Shown here: positions 1-8,521 of the stretch, piece by piece
Layout of the letters: each line of letters begins with the position of its first letter
How positions within the stretch are numbered: the stretch's first letter is position 1
Origin: Cyanobacteriota bacterium
Lineage (GTDB): Bacteria; Cyanobacteriota; Cyanobacteriia; Cyanobacteriales; Nostocaceae
Direction of reading: 5' to 3'
Length of the DNA stretch: 15,190 bases
Assembly: GCA_046045965.1 (NCBI GenBank)
Contig: JBJOKS010000056.1
Span: forward strand, 1-15,190
Program-made: the position numbers and the translations under genes
The notes under the pieces: generated by a model
The model's database searches: none
Told to the model about the DNA's origin: nothing
The model's input: the letters and a program-made list of their open reading frames with translations, nothing else

Positions 1-1923
1 TTTGGACTGACCAAGAGTTTAAATCACGAATGGGAAACTGTATTTTGTCGTTCCCTTGATATCAGTCCAGATTTAGATGCAGAAACATCGGTAAAATACA
101 TCCTTGCTGAAATTCAAGATCCCAATTTATTAGTTACAGAAGTAGGATATAGCAACAAAGGTAGATTTACTTTAGTTGCCGAACCTACTCCATTACCTAT
201 TATCAAATCCTCAATCCCCATTACCAATGACCAAGTATTTCTAGTCAGTGGTGGTGCAAAAGGAATAACTGCCCAATGTGTGATCAAATTAGCTCAAGAA
301 TATCAATGTAAATTCATTCTTTTAGGTCGTTCGAGTACAGAACCAGAACCAGTTTGGGCTGAGGGTTATGAAAATGAAGCTGAATTGAAACAGCGAATTA
401 TGGAAGATTTTCTCGCCAAAGGAGAAAAACCAACCCCCATCATGGTGCAGAGAAAATATCAAATAATTTCCTCACAACGAGAAATTCAAAATACATTGAA
501 ATCCATTGAAAAAGCAGGAGGAAAAGCTGAATATTTGAGCGTAGATGTTACAGATAGCGGTTTATTAACAGAAAAAATTAGCCCTGTAATTGAACGTTTA
601 GGAACGATAACCGGAATTATTCACGGTGCTGGCAACTTGGCTGATAAACGGATTGAAAAGAAAACAATTCAGGATTTGGAAACAGTTTACGCAGCCAAAG
701 TTAAGGGTTTAGAAAACCTGTTGCAATGTGTACCGCCAAGCCAACTACAACATTTAATATTATTTTCTTCAGTAGTTGGTTTTTATGGAAATGTGGGACA
801 ATCAGATTATGCAATGGCTAACGAAATTCTCAACAAATCAGCCCATTTAATTAAACATAAACACCCCAATTGTCATGTTGTTGCTATTAACTGGGGTCCC
901 TGGGATAGTGGGATGGTATCACCAGAATTAAAGAAAGCCTTTGCAGAAAGAGGAATTGAAACCATCCCCATAGAAATCGGTACACAAATGTTAGTTAATG
1001 AACTAAAAAATACCAATTCAGACACAACACAAGTAGTAATTGGTAGCCCTTTAGTTTATATTCCTCCCACCTTACCGAGTGAATTAAAAACCTATCGCAT
1101 TAAACGTCAATTAACATTAGAATCCAATCCATTTTTACACGATCATATCATCGCCGGTCGTCCAGTTCTTCCTGCTACCTGTGGACTTCTATGGATGGCT
1201 AACGCTTGCGAACAACTATATCCCGGTTTTAAAGCCTTTAGTTGTCCCAATTTCAAAGTTCTGAAAGGCATTGTCTTTGATGAAAATTCAGCAAGTGAAT
1301 ATACTCTGGAAATTCAAGAAGTTGCTAAAATTGAAAACAAAGAAATACATTTTTCTGCTAAAATTAGCAGTAGCACTTCCGAAGGTAAAATCAGATATCA
1401 TTTTAGTACAACTCTGATTTTAAAACGTGAAATTCCCACACCTCCCAACTATGAATTGTTGAACTTAAATCAAGATGAACAATTCCTCACCACAAATAAA
1501 TTACTTTATCAAAATGGGGGAGGTAGCCTATTTCACGGAACTATCTTTCAAGGTGTTAAATCAATCTTAAATACCAGTCCAGGTAAACTCACCATCGAAT
1601 GTAAATTACCGCAACCAACATTACAGCAACAGGGGCAATTTCCCGTTCAGACATTCAACCCTTATATAGCAGATGTGCAGATTCATTCCCTCTGGATTTG
1701 GACACAACACTTTCATCAAATAGGTTGTTTACCTTCAGAAATTCAAACCTTTGAACAATTTGCACCCGTTCCCTTTGGTGAAACATTTTATGTGACTTGT
1801 GAAGTCAAATCCAAGACAGAATCAAACGTAGTTGCTGATGTCATTACTCACAACAAACAAGGACAAATATATAACCGCATGATTGGCGCAAAAGGAACGG
1901 TTTTACCCAAGCAAATAGTATAG
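1..1923 (+). CDS. 5'-truncated PfaA/HglE-HglG-like iterative PKS: end of the KR structural subdomain, KR catalytic domain and C-terminal dehydratase (hot-dog) domain
   Basis: Frame 1 is open from base 1 (FGLTKSLNHEWETVFCRSLDISPDLD...QVFLVSGGAKGITAQC), so the GTG at 280 is internal. The NADPH motif SGGAKG lies at 247-264, upstream of that GTG. KR motifs are HGAGNLAD and GQSDYAMANE (Tyr at 808-810). The DH motif is DHIIAGRPVLP (HxxxGxxxxP, His at 1144-1146). Stop TAG at 1921-1923. Confidence 0.9.
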   Translation, partial: FGLTKSLNHEWETVFCRSLDISPDLDAETSVKYILAEIQDPNLLVTEVGYSNKGRFTLVAEPTPLPIIKSSIPITNDQVFLVSGGAKGITAQCVIKLAQEYQCKFILLGRSSTEPEPVWAEGYENEAELKQRIMEDFLAKGEKPTPIMVQRKYQIISSQREIQNTLKSIEKAGGKAEYLSVDVTDSGLLTEKISPVIERLGTITGIIHGAGNLADKRIEKKTIQDLETVYAAKVKGLENLLQCVPPSQLQHLILFSSVVGFYGNVGQSDYAMANEILNKSAHLIKHKHPNCHVVAINWGPWDSGMVSPELKKAFAERGIETIPIEIGTQMLVNELKNTNSDTTQVVIGSPLVYIPPTLPSELKTYRIKRQLTLESNPFLHDHIIAGRPVLPATCGLLWMANACEQLYPGFKAFSCPNFKVLKGIVFDENSASEYTLEIQEVAKIENKEIHFSAKISSSTSEGKIRYHFSTTLILKREIPTPPNYELLNLNQDEQFLTTNKLLYQNGGGSLFHGTIFQGVKSILNTSPGKLTIECKLPQPTLQQQGQFPVQTFNPYIADVQIHSLWIWTQHFHQIGCLPSEIQTFEQFAPVPFGETFYVTCEVKSKTESNVVADVITHNKQGQIYNRMIGAKGTVLPKQIV

Positions 1924-1932
1924 ATACATCAC

Positions 1933-1980
1933 GCAGAGACGCAGAAATAAAATGTATATTTCCCGTTTCTGAGTCTCTGT
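1933..1980. repeat. Intergenic stem-loop built from the Nostocales CGCAGAG(A/G) octamer repeat family
   Basis: CAGAGACGCAGAAA (1934-1947) pairs with TTTCTGAGTCTCTG (1966-1979) at 13 of 14 positions. Confidence 0.6.
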
Positions 1981-2010
1981 AAATTTCCAAACAATAAATG
2001 GAGAATAATA

Positions 2011-4818
2011 ATGAAAGAATTTGCCCAAAATCAACTTCCAAAAATGGCAATTATAGGCATGAATTGCCTTGTTAGTGGGCTTCAAGAATTAGATAGTTTT
2101 GAACGCAGTATTTACCAAGGTAAACAGGATTTTACACCTCTTACCTATAGTGAAACACCATCATTGCCAATTCTCTTAGCAGAAATTCAACAATTATCAC
2201 CACAACAACAATTAATGTTAAAAGTGGCTGATAATACTCTCAAAAATGCTAAACTGCGGCCAGAAACAAAAATTGCAGTTATTATGGTGAGTAAATTCCA
2301 AATTCACCACCAAAATAAATTAGCAAGTTATATTTCCCGGCTTTGGGATGCCACAAGTCCCGCTTTCGCAGAAGAAAATTCAGTTTTTTCAGCCTTAAAT
2401 TTAGCTCAAAAGCTATTAATAAATAAGCAAGCAGAGGCTGTTTTAGTAGCAGCAATGGACTTTGCTAAACAAGAAAATCACTGCACAGGTGTACATAGCC
2501 TCAGTTATGACAAAAACACTGATGGTACTTTAGCCGGAGAAGGTGCAGCGGCTGTAGTATTGCAACTTCAAGATATAGCCAAACAAGAAAATCATTGCAT
2601 ATATGCAGTAATTGATGCTGTAAGTGTGGTGCAAAATTCTCCACACCAACCAGAAGCCGTCACCCAAGCTTGTCAAACAGCTTTTGCACTGGCAGATATT
2701 GAAGCTCAAGATATTGGCTATTTGGAAGTTTATGCTAGTGGAATTCCCCAAGAAGATGCAGCAGAAATTCAAGGTTTAATTACAGCTTATAGAACTGGAG
2801 AAACAAATTTAAGTTGTGCTTTAGGTAGCGTCAAAGCTAACATTGGTAACACTCATACTGCATCAGGAATTATTAGCTTAATTAAAACAGCACTTTGTTT
2901 ATATCACCGCTATATTCCCGCAGTTCCCCAGTGGACTGGTGTAAAAAACCCCGATATTTGGTGTGCTAGTCCCTTTTATGTAGCCACAGAATCTAAACCC
3001 TGGTTTTTAGAGTCAGGTGCAAATAAAAGAATAGCTGCTATTAATAGCATAGAAGCCGATGGTAGTTATGTACACTTAATTTTGTCAGAAGAAACCAGTC
3101 AAATAGAACGCAGCAGCAAATATTTAGAACAAACGCCTTATCATTTATTTAGTATAGCTGCCAAAAATCAATCTTCACTTCTGGACCAAATTATTACACT
3201 GCAAAAAAATCTGGAAAATTCTCCTTCTCTATCTCAACTTGCCAGCCAAACATTTAGAGAATTTCAAAAATATCAAATTCCTAACCATCAAAATGCAAAT
3301 TACACCATAGCAATTTTGGCACGTAATCAACAAGAATTAACACGGGAAATAGACCGCGCAATTCAAGGTGTTAACATTGCTTTTGAGACAGGAAAAGATT
3401 GGCAAACTCCTATGGGTAGCTATTTTACAACCAACCCACAAGGAAAAAAAGGTAAAATTGCATTTGTTTATCCCGGTTCTTTCACATCTTATATTGGTAT
3501 AGGTCGCAATCTCTTCCGACTATTTCCCAAAATTTATGATGACCCAGTAATCAAGAACGTTTATGAAAGAGTTGCTAACATCGAAAAAATCATTTATCCC
3601 CGCAGCATCAATAAACTTGCAAAAAGACAACTAGAAGTCCTAGAACAGCAATTAATAGATGATCCAGTAACAATGCTAGAATCAGAAGTTGGCATTGCTG
3701 GACTTATGACTGCAATTCTCAAAAACTATTTTCAAATCCAATCTCAATCTGCTTTTGGTTATAGTCTTGGTGAAACTAGCATGATGTTAGCCCAAGGTAT
3801 TTGGACAAGCTTTAAAAATACCAGTGATTACTTAAACTCATCTCCTCTATTTAAAACCCAACTAGCTGGCCCAAAAAATGCAGTTCGTCAAGCTTGGGGA
3901 CTACCTTTAAATATCAATGATCAGGAATTTTGGAGCAACTACATTGTTATATGTCCAGTCTCCCAAGTTAAGGAAGCAATTAAACAGGAAGACCGCGTTT
4001 ATATCCCTTTAATTAATACACCCGAAGAAGTAGTAATTGCCGGAGAAACACAAGCTTGTCAAAGAGTAATTAAAAAACTCAAATGTGATGCTTTTCCCAC
4101 ATCAATAAATCATGTAATTCATTGTCAACCAATGCACTCCGAGTACAATGAACTCTTGAAAATCAACACCTTAGAGATTAAAGATATACCTGAATCAACT
4201 TTTTACTCTGCTGCAAATTACGAACCAATTACAATCGATAGTCAGACTATAGGAAAGAACATTGCTCAAAGTCTCTGTCAACAACTTGATTTCCCTCGTT
4301 TAATTAACCGTGTCTACGATGACAACATTAGAATATTTATTGAAGTAGGAGTTGGTAGCAACTGTTCGCGATGGATAAGTTCAACCCTCAAAGAAAAAGA
4401 ACATCTTGCTGTATCTGTAAATAGAAGGGGAGTAGATGATCATACTTCAATTATTAGAGCATTAGCGAAACTCGTCAGCCATCAAGTTGAATTAGATTTA
4501 TCACCTTTGTATTCTCTTTCTGCGATAACTACACAGCCACAAATCAAAGTAGAAACTAATCAAAATTTCAAAAATCTACCTTTGATTTCTCTAGAAGATG
4601 CACTTGCTCAAAAGCCAAATAAAATCTTAAAATCTATTCCCCCTCATCCTTTTAATTCTCAATATCAAAAATTGAGTGATAACAATGCACTAATGACTAA
4701 AGCCCACAGCTTTTTATTAAAGTCTCGCCAAGCATCATTACATCAAATAAATTTCCTGATTCAACAAAAAATAGACATCTACAAAAAGATAGTTGAGCAA
4801 GGAAAAAGAATTAAATAG
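2011..4818 (+). CDS. hglC: HglC/PfaB-like protein: degenerate ketosynthase-fold chain-length-factor domain plus acyltransferase
   Basis: KS-fold remnants are MAIIGM, EENS (at the catalytic Cys position), GEGAAAVVL, YLEVYASG and LGSVKANIGNT, with no catalytic Cys-His-His triad. AT motifs are FVYPGS, GYSLGE (Ser585 at 3763-3765), HVIHC and FIEVGVG. A GGAG RBS lies at 2000-2003. Confidence 0.8.
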   Translation: MKEFAQNQLPKMAIIGMNCLVSGLQELDSFERSIYQGKQDFTPLTYSETPSLPILLAEIQQLSPQQQLMLKVADNTLKNAKLRPETKIAVIMVSKFQIHHQNKLASYISRLWDATSPAFAEENSVFSALNLAQKLLINKQAEAVLVAAMDFAKQENHCTGVHSLSYDKNTDGTLAGEGAAAVVLQLQDIAKQENHCIYAVIDAVSVVQNSPHQPEAVTQACQTAFALADIEAQDIGYLEVYASGIPQEDAAEIQGLITAYRTGETNLSCALGSVKANIGNTHTASGIISLIKTALCLYHRYIPAVPQWTGVKNPDIWCASPFYVATESKPWFLESGANKRIAAINSIEADGSYVHLILSEETSQIERSSKYLEQTPYHLFSIAAKNQSSLLDQIITLQKNLENSPSLSQLASQTFREFQKYQIPNHQNANYTIAILARNQQELTREIDRAIQGVNIAFETGKDWQTPMGSYFTTNPQGKKGKIAFVYPGSFTSYIGIGRNLFRLFPKIYDDPVIKNVYERVANIEKIIYPRSINKLAKRQLEVLEQQLIDDPVTMLESEVGIAGLMTAILKNYFQIQSQSAFGYSLGETSMMLAQGIWTSFKNTSDYLNSSPLFKTQLAGPKNAVRQAWGLPLNINDQEFWSNYIVICPVSQVKEAIKQEDRVYIPLINTPEEVVIAGETQACQRVIKKLKCDAFPTSINHVIHCQPMHSEYNELLKINTLEIKDIPESTFYSAANYEPITIDSQTIGKNIAQSLCQQLDFPRLINRVYDDNIRIFIEVGVGSNCSRWISSTLKEKEHLAVSVNRRGVDDHTSIIRALAKLVSHQVELDLSPLYSLSAITTQPQIKVETNQNFKNLPLISLEDALAQKPNKILKSIPPHPFNSQYQKLSDNNALMTKAHSFLLKSRQASLHQINFLIQQKIDIYKKIVEQGKRIK

Positions 4819-4837
4819 CCTGTATATTAAGGTATTT

Positions 4838-4860
4838 GTGGGGTGGGCATCTTGCCTGCC
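4838..4860. repeat. REP-like GC-rich hairpin GTGGGGTGGGCATCTTGCCTGCC
   Basis: 8-bp stem (GGTGGGCA/TGCCTGCC, two G:U pairs) with a 3-nt loop. It resembles a common cyanobacterial intergenic palindrome. Confidence 0.55.
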
Positions 4861-4892
4861 AAAATAACTCAAATTAAAAGAGATTTACTAAA

Positions 4893-6548
4893 ATGTTCAA
4901 CACAGAAAATAGCTTGAATCAAGACAATCATCTCCAGTTGTCCAACTTATTTATCAACCATCATCATACTTGGCAAGGTGATTTTAATAATGTTGCTTTT
5001 GATGCCGAAAAAATAAAATTAAAACTGAGGAATTTAGAAAAACCCTGTTATATAGTTAGAAATGAAGGGATAATTGGCATCACAAACGAAGGTAGTTTAT
5101 CTCATGTCAATAATGGTAAAACAGCCCAGATGGAAATGTTAATGGCTGTTCCTCCCTTAGCAATTCAACAATTAGGTAATGCAGATTTTCTCAATTATTA
5201 CGGCGTAAAATATGCCTATATGACTGGAGCAATGGCGCAGGGAATAGCATCAGAAGAAATGGTAATTGCACTAGGCAAAGAAAGAATTTTAAGTGTCTTT
5301 GGTGCAGGAGGTTTATCTCCTTCCCGTGTCGAGATAGCTATTAACAAAATTCAGCAAGCCTTAGATCAAAAACCCTACGCTTTTAACTTACTTCATAGTC
5401 CCAGTGAACCAGCCATTGAACGCCGTAGCATTGATTTATATCTCAAATATCAAGTCAGAATCATTGAAGCCTCGGCATTTTTAGATTTAAGTGACAACAT
5501 AGTTTATTATCGAGCCTCCGGCTTAAGTTTAAATTCAGCCAATCAAATCCAAATCAAAAATAAAGTCATTGCTAAAGTTTCCCGCCGCGAAGTTGCCATT
5601 AAATTTCTCCAACCTGCGCCTACAAAAATTCTCAAACAATTAGTTGAACAAGGTTTAATTACTGAATTACAAGCCACTCTTGCCAGCAAAATTCCTATGG
5701 CTGATGATATCACCGTAGAAGCAGATTCTGGAGGTCATACAGATAATCGTCCCCTCATTTGTTTATTACCTTCCATCTTAGAATTACGAGATGAAATTCA
5801 AAATAAATATAGGTATGAAAACCCCGTCAGAATTGGCGTAGCCGGCGGAATTTCTACACCCAAATCAGCCTTAGCTGCCTTTATCATGGGTGCTGCTTAT
5901 GTTGTCACAGGCTCCATTAATCAATCCTGTATTGAAGCCGGAACTTCTGAATACACCAAAGCATTATTAGCTCAAGCAGAAATGGCTGATGTGATGATGG
6001 CTCCCGCAGCAGATATGTTTGAAATGGGTGTAAAATTGCAAGTTCTTAAACGTGGCACACTCTTTCCTCTCCGCGCTCAAAAATTATATGAATTATACAA
6101 AAGTTACAACTCAATTGAAGAAATTCCCCCAGCCGAAAAAGAGAAATTAGAAAAGCAAATCTTGAAAAAAACTGTGCAAGAAGTTTGGCAAGAAACAGCT
6201 AATTATTTATCCCAACGCAACCCTGATAAATTAACTAAAGCAGCAAGTAATACTCAACTAAAAATGGCTCTGATTTTTCGCTGGTATTTAGGACTTTCTT
6301 CTCGGTGGTCTAACATGGGAGAAAAAGGTCGAGAAATTGACTATCAAATTTGGTGTGGACCTGCAATGGGTAGCTTTAATGATTGGGTACGAGGTTCATA
6401 TTTAGCTGAACCAAAAAATCGCCAAGTCGTAGAAATTGCTAACCACATTATGACAGGAGCAACATTTTTATATCGCATCCAAAACTTAAAAATGCAAGGA
6501 TTACAAATTGCAGATGAATACGGTCAATATCTTCCACAAAAATTATGA
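4893..6548 (+). CDS. pfaD: PfaD/HglA-family FMN-dependent trans-acting enoyl reductase
   Basis: Motifs GAMAQGIAS, EASAF, IAKVSRREVA, EADSGGHTDNRP, MAPAADMFEMGVKLQVLKRG and DYQIWCGPAMG; 551 aa; follows the HglC-like gene as hglA does. Confidence 0.95.
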   Translation: MFNTENSLNQDNHLQLSNLFINHHHTWQGDFNNVAFDAEKIKLKLRNLEKPCYIVRNEGIIGITNEGSLSHVNNGKTAQMEMLMAVPPLAIQQLGNADFLNYYGVKYAYMTGAMAQGIASEEMVIALGKERILSVFGAGGLSPSRVEIAINKIQQALDQKPYAFNLLHSPSEPAIERRSIDLYLKYQVRIIEASAFLDLSDNIVYYRASGLSLNSANQIQIKNKVIAKVSRREVAIKFLQPAPTKILKQLVEQGLITELQATLASKIPMADDITVEADSGGHTDNRPLICLLPSILELRDEIQNKYRYENPVRIGVAGGISTPKSALAAFIMGAAYVVTGSINQSCIEAGTSEYTKALLAQAEMADVMMAPAADMFEMGVKLQVLKRGTLFPLRAQKLYELYKSYNSIEEIPPAEKEKLEKQILKKTVQEVWQETANYLSQRNPDKLTKAASNTQLKMALIFRWYLGLSSRWSNMGEKGREIDYQIWCGPAMGSFNDWVRGSYLAEPKNRQVVEIANHIMTGATFLYRIQNLKMQGLQIADEYGQYLPQKL

Positions 6549-7879
6549 CCATGCCAGACAACAGAGAATTAAGTAGTCTGGAAGCAGCAATGGAAATTCT
6601 CAATAGCCGTGCTAAAACCTGGAATTTAGTTACTATTAGTCGCATTAACGGCAACCTCCAAGAAGCAGTTCTCAGACAGTCTTTAGATATTATCCAATAT
6701 CGCCATCCTCAACTCAATTCGCACATAATTTATTTGAGAAAACGTTTCTATTTTCAAACCGCAGGTACAGAAAGAATACCTTTGCAAATTGTTAATAATT
6801 TAGAAGAGGAAGAATGGCAAGATGTAGTTAATCAAGAAATGAATCAGGCAATAGATAGTAGTAAATCTCTGATGAGAGTTGTACTCATTACTATCCAAGA
6901 TCAGCCAAAAATTAATTATCTAATTTCCATCTTGCACCACGCAATTTCTGATGGTTTATCAAGCATTCAACTTCACTCGGAAATCTTAACTTATTATCAA
7001 AAACTTACATCGGGTGACACCATTCAAGAAGTTACTACCTTGGAACAACTACCACCCATTGAAAAACTACTACCCAAACATATACAAGGTTGGAAAGGAA
7101 ATCTCAGTAGCTTTTTATTGTTATTAAAACTGGGTTTTCACAAACTTTACAACCAACCACAAACATTAGGTTTTGAGAAATATGCACCCATTAATAAACG
7201 GAGTTGTGAAATTATTCATAAACAGATTTTATCAGATGTAACTGAAAATTTTGTTGCTCGATGTCGGCTAGAAAATACCACAGTAAATAGTGCTTTATGC
7301 GCCTTACTCATGTTAACAGTAGCTAGAAAAATTATCAAAGATAATCAAAAATATGTCCGAGTAAATTGCCTATCATACCTGGATTTACGCAGACGCTTAC
7401 AACCAGCAATTAATGAAGAAAACCTAGCTGTTTTAGCTACTTCTATGATGGGTTTTCACACCATAAAAACAAATACATCCTTGTGGGAACTAGCCAGGAA
7501 AGTCAAACCAAATTTAGACTTTGGTATTAAGCATGGTGATCTTTTCAATATGGTATTAATTGCCAAACACCTGATCAATTTTTGTTTTATTTTTCCCAAA
7601 CAAGTAGCTGCTACAGTTTCAGTATCTAACATTGGCAAAGTCAACATTCCCACAACTTATGGAGATTTGGAACTAGAAGAAATCAGTTTTGCCGGTTCTC
7701 ATTCTTTGTATGCAGGTATGTTTGTCATTCATACTGCCACTTTTCAAGGAAAAATGTTGTTAAATTTTGTATTTTCTCAACCTTCAATTAGTCGGGAGAC
7801 AATGGAAGAACTGGTAAACCAAGTTATCTCTTACATCTTTAATTTATCTTCAGATACCTTAGAAATTAGAGGTGCATAA
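6545..7879 (+). CDS. Stand-alone condensation-domain / PapA5-like (alcohol acyltransferase-type) acyltransferase
   Basis: HHAISDG (HHxxxDG, 6935-6955), RHPQL, TTVNSAL, DLRRRL and VSNIG motifs typical of the CAT/condensation-fold acyltransferases. 444 aa with no adenylation domain. ATGA overlap with the pfaD stop. Confidence 0.85.
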   Translation: MTMPDNRELSSLEAAMEILNSRAKTWNLVTISRINGNLQEAVLRQSLDIIQYRHPQLNSHIIYLRKRFYFQTAGTERIPLQIVNNLEEEEWQDVVNQEMNQAIDSSKSLMRVVLITIQDQPKINYLISILHHAISDGLSSIQLHSEILTYYQKLTSGDTIQEVTTLEQLPPIEKLLPKHIQGWKGNLSSFLLLLKLGFHKLYNQPQTLGFEKYAPINKRSCEIIHKQILSDVTENFVARCRLENTTVNSALCALLMLTVARKIIKDNQKYVRVNCLSYLDLRRRLQPAINEENLAVLATSMMGFHTIKTNTSLWELARKVKPNLDFGIKHGDLFNMVLIAKHLINFCFIFPKQVAATVSVSNIGKVNIPTTYGDLELEEISFAGSHSLYAGMFVIHTATFQGKMLLNFVFSQPSISRETMEELVNQVISYIFNLSSDTLEIRGA

Positions 7880-8185
7880 ATGGACGAAAACCTTGCCAAC
7901 TCACCTATGAAAAAGGCTGCTACTACCGCAGATATTCAAGCTTGGCTAGTTACTAACATTTCCTATATATTGGGAGTTAACCCAGAGGAAATAGATATTC
8001 GAGAACCGTTAGATAGCTATGGTTTAGATTCATCACAAGCTATGATTCTTGCAAGTAAAGCCGAGAAATTTCTGGGTTTTAAATTATCTCTAATTCATTT
8101 GTGGTATTATCCCACAATTGAAGAACTAGCACAACGGTTAGCTGAAGAATTAGAAAATTCTGAATCAGAAATTTTGCAGATATAA
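7880..8185 (+). CDS. Free-standing acyl carrier protein resembling the HglB/HetM N-terminal ACP
   Basis: IQAWLV...LGVNPEEIDIREPLDSYGLDSS (phosphopantetheine Ser51 at 8030-8032)...YPTIEELAQRL. The ATG directly follows the TAA of the acyltransferase, with an AGAGGT RBS at 7868-7873. Confidence 0.92.
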   Translation: MDENLANSPMKKAATTADIQAWLVTNISYILGVNPEEIDIREPLDSYGLDSSQAMILASKAEKFLGFKLSLIHLWYYPTIEELAQRLAEELENSESEILQI

Positions 8186-8319
8186 GCAATAAACAATTTG
8201 TAAAGATTCAGAATACAGAATAGTCAGCAGTGATAATTGCTTGAAAAATTGGCAAATATTCCAACTACTGAATTCTGACAACAATTTTAATATTTTCAAG
8301 TTTTTCCTCCTCTAAGACT

Positions 8320-8370
8320 GACACTTCGCACGAATGGAGGAAACATCATTCAGCGGAGTGTCTTCTTTTC
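8320..8370 (+). terminator. Candidate intrinsic terminator after the ACP gene
   Basis: GACACTTCGC (8320-8329) pairs with GCGGAGTGTC (8353-8362), with an inner GAATG/CATTC stem, followed by the pyrimidine tract TTCTTTTCTCTATTCTTT. Confidence 0.45.
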
Positions 8371-8381
8371 TCTATTCTTTG

Positions 8382-8494
8382 TATAGCAATCCTAAATAAT
8401 ATATGAACACCTCTTTTTCTCTACCTCTGCGCTCTCTGCGTCTGGAGCGGTTCGTTTTAAAAACTCCGTTCATAAATCAAATAGGATTGCTATA
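8382..8494. mobile_element. MITE-like miniature element (113 bp)
   Basis: 27-bp terminal inverted repeats, TATAGCAATCCTAAATAATATATGAAC (8382-8408) versus the reverse complement of 8468-8494: 23 of 27 match and the outer 13 are perfect. It has TA ends, internal CTCTGCG repeats and no ORF. Confidence 0.75.
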
Positions 8495-8521
8495 GTTCGT
8501 TAAAAACTGGGAGATTTAGTC

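Noticed and set aside
280..282. ORF-track GTG start of the first CDS
   Set aside because: The frame is open to base 1 and the KR NADPH-binding motif lies upstream of it.
1844..2772. Short ORFs 1844-2050(-), 1903-2085(+) and 2530-2772(-)
   Set aside because: They overlap well-supported PKS genes in other frames and have no recognisable motifs.
6448..7653. Antisense ORFs 6448-6654 and 7456-7653
   Set aside because: Shadow ORFs of the ER and acyltransferase genes.
8186..8521. Possible pseudogene remnant of the HglB thioester reductase after the ACP
   Set aside because: I saw no reductase motif (for example TGxTGFLG), and the spacer is largely explained by repeats, a hairpin and a MITE.
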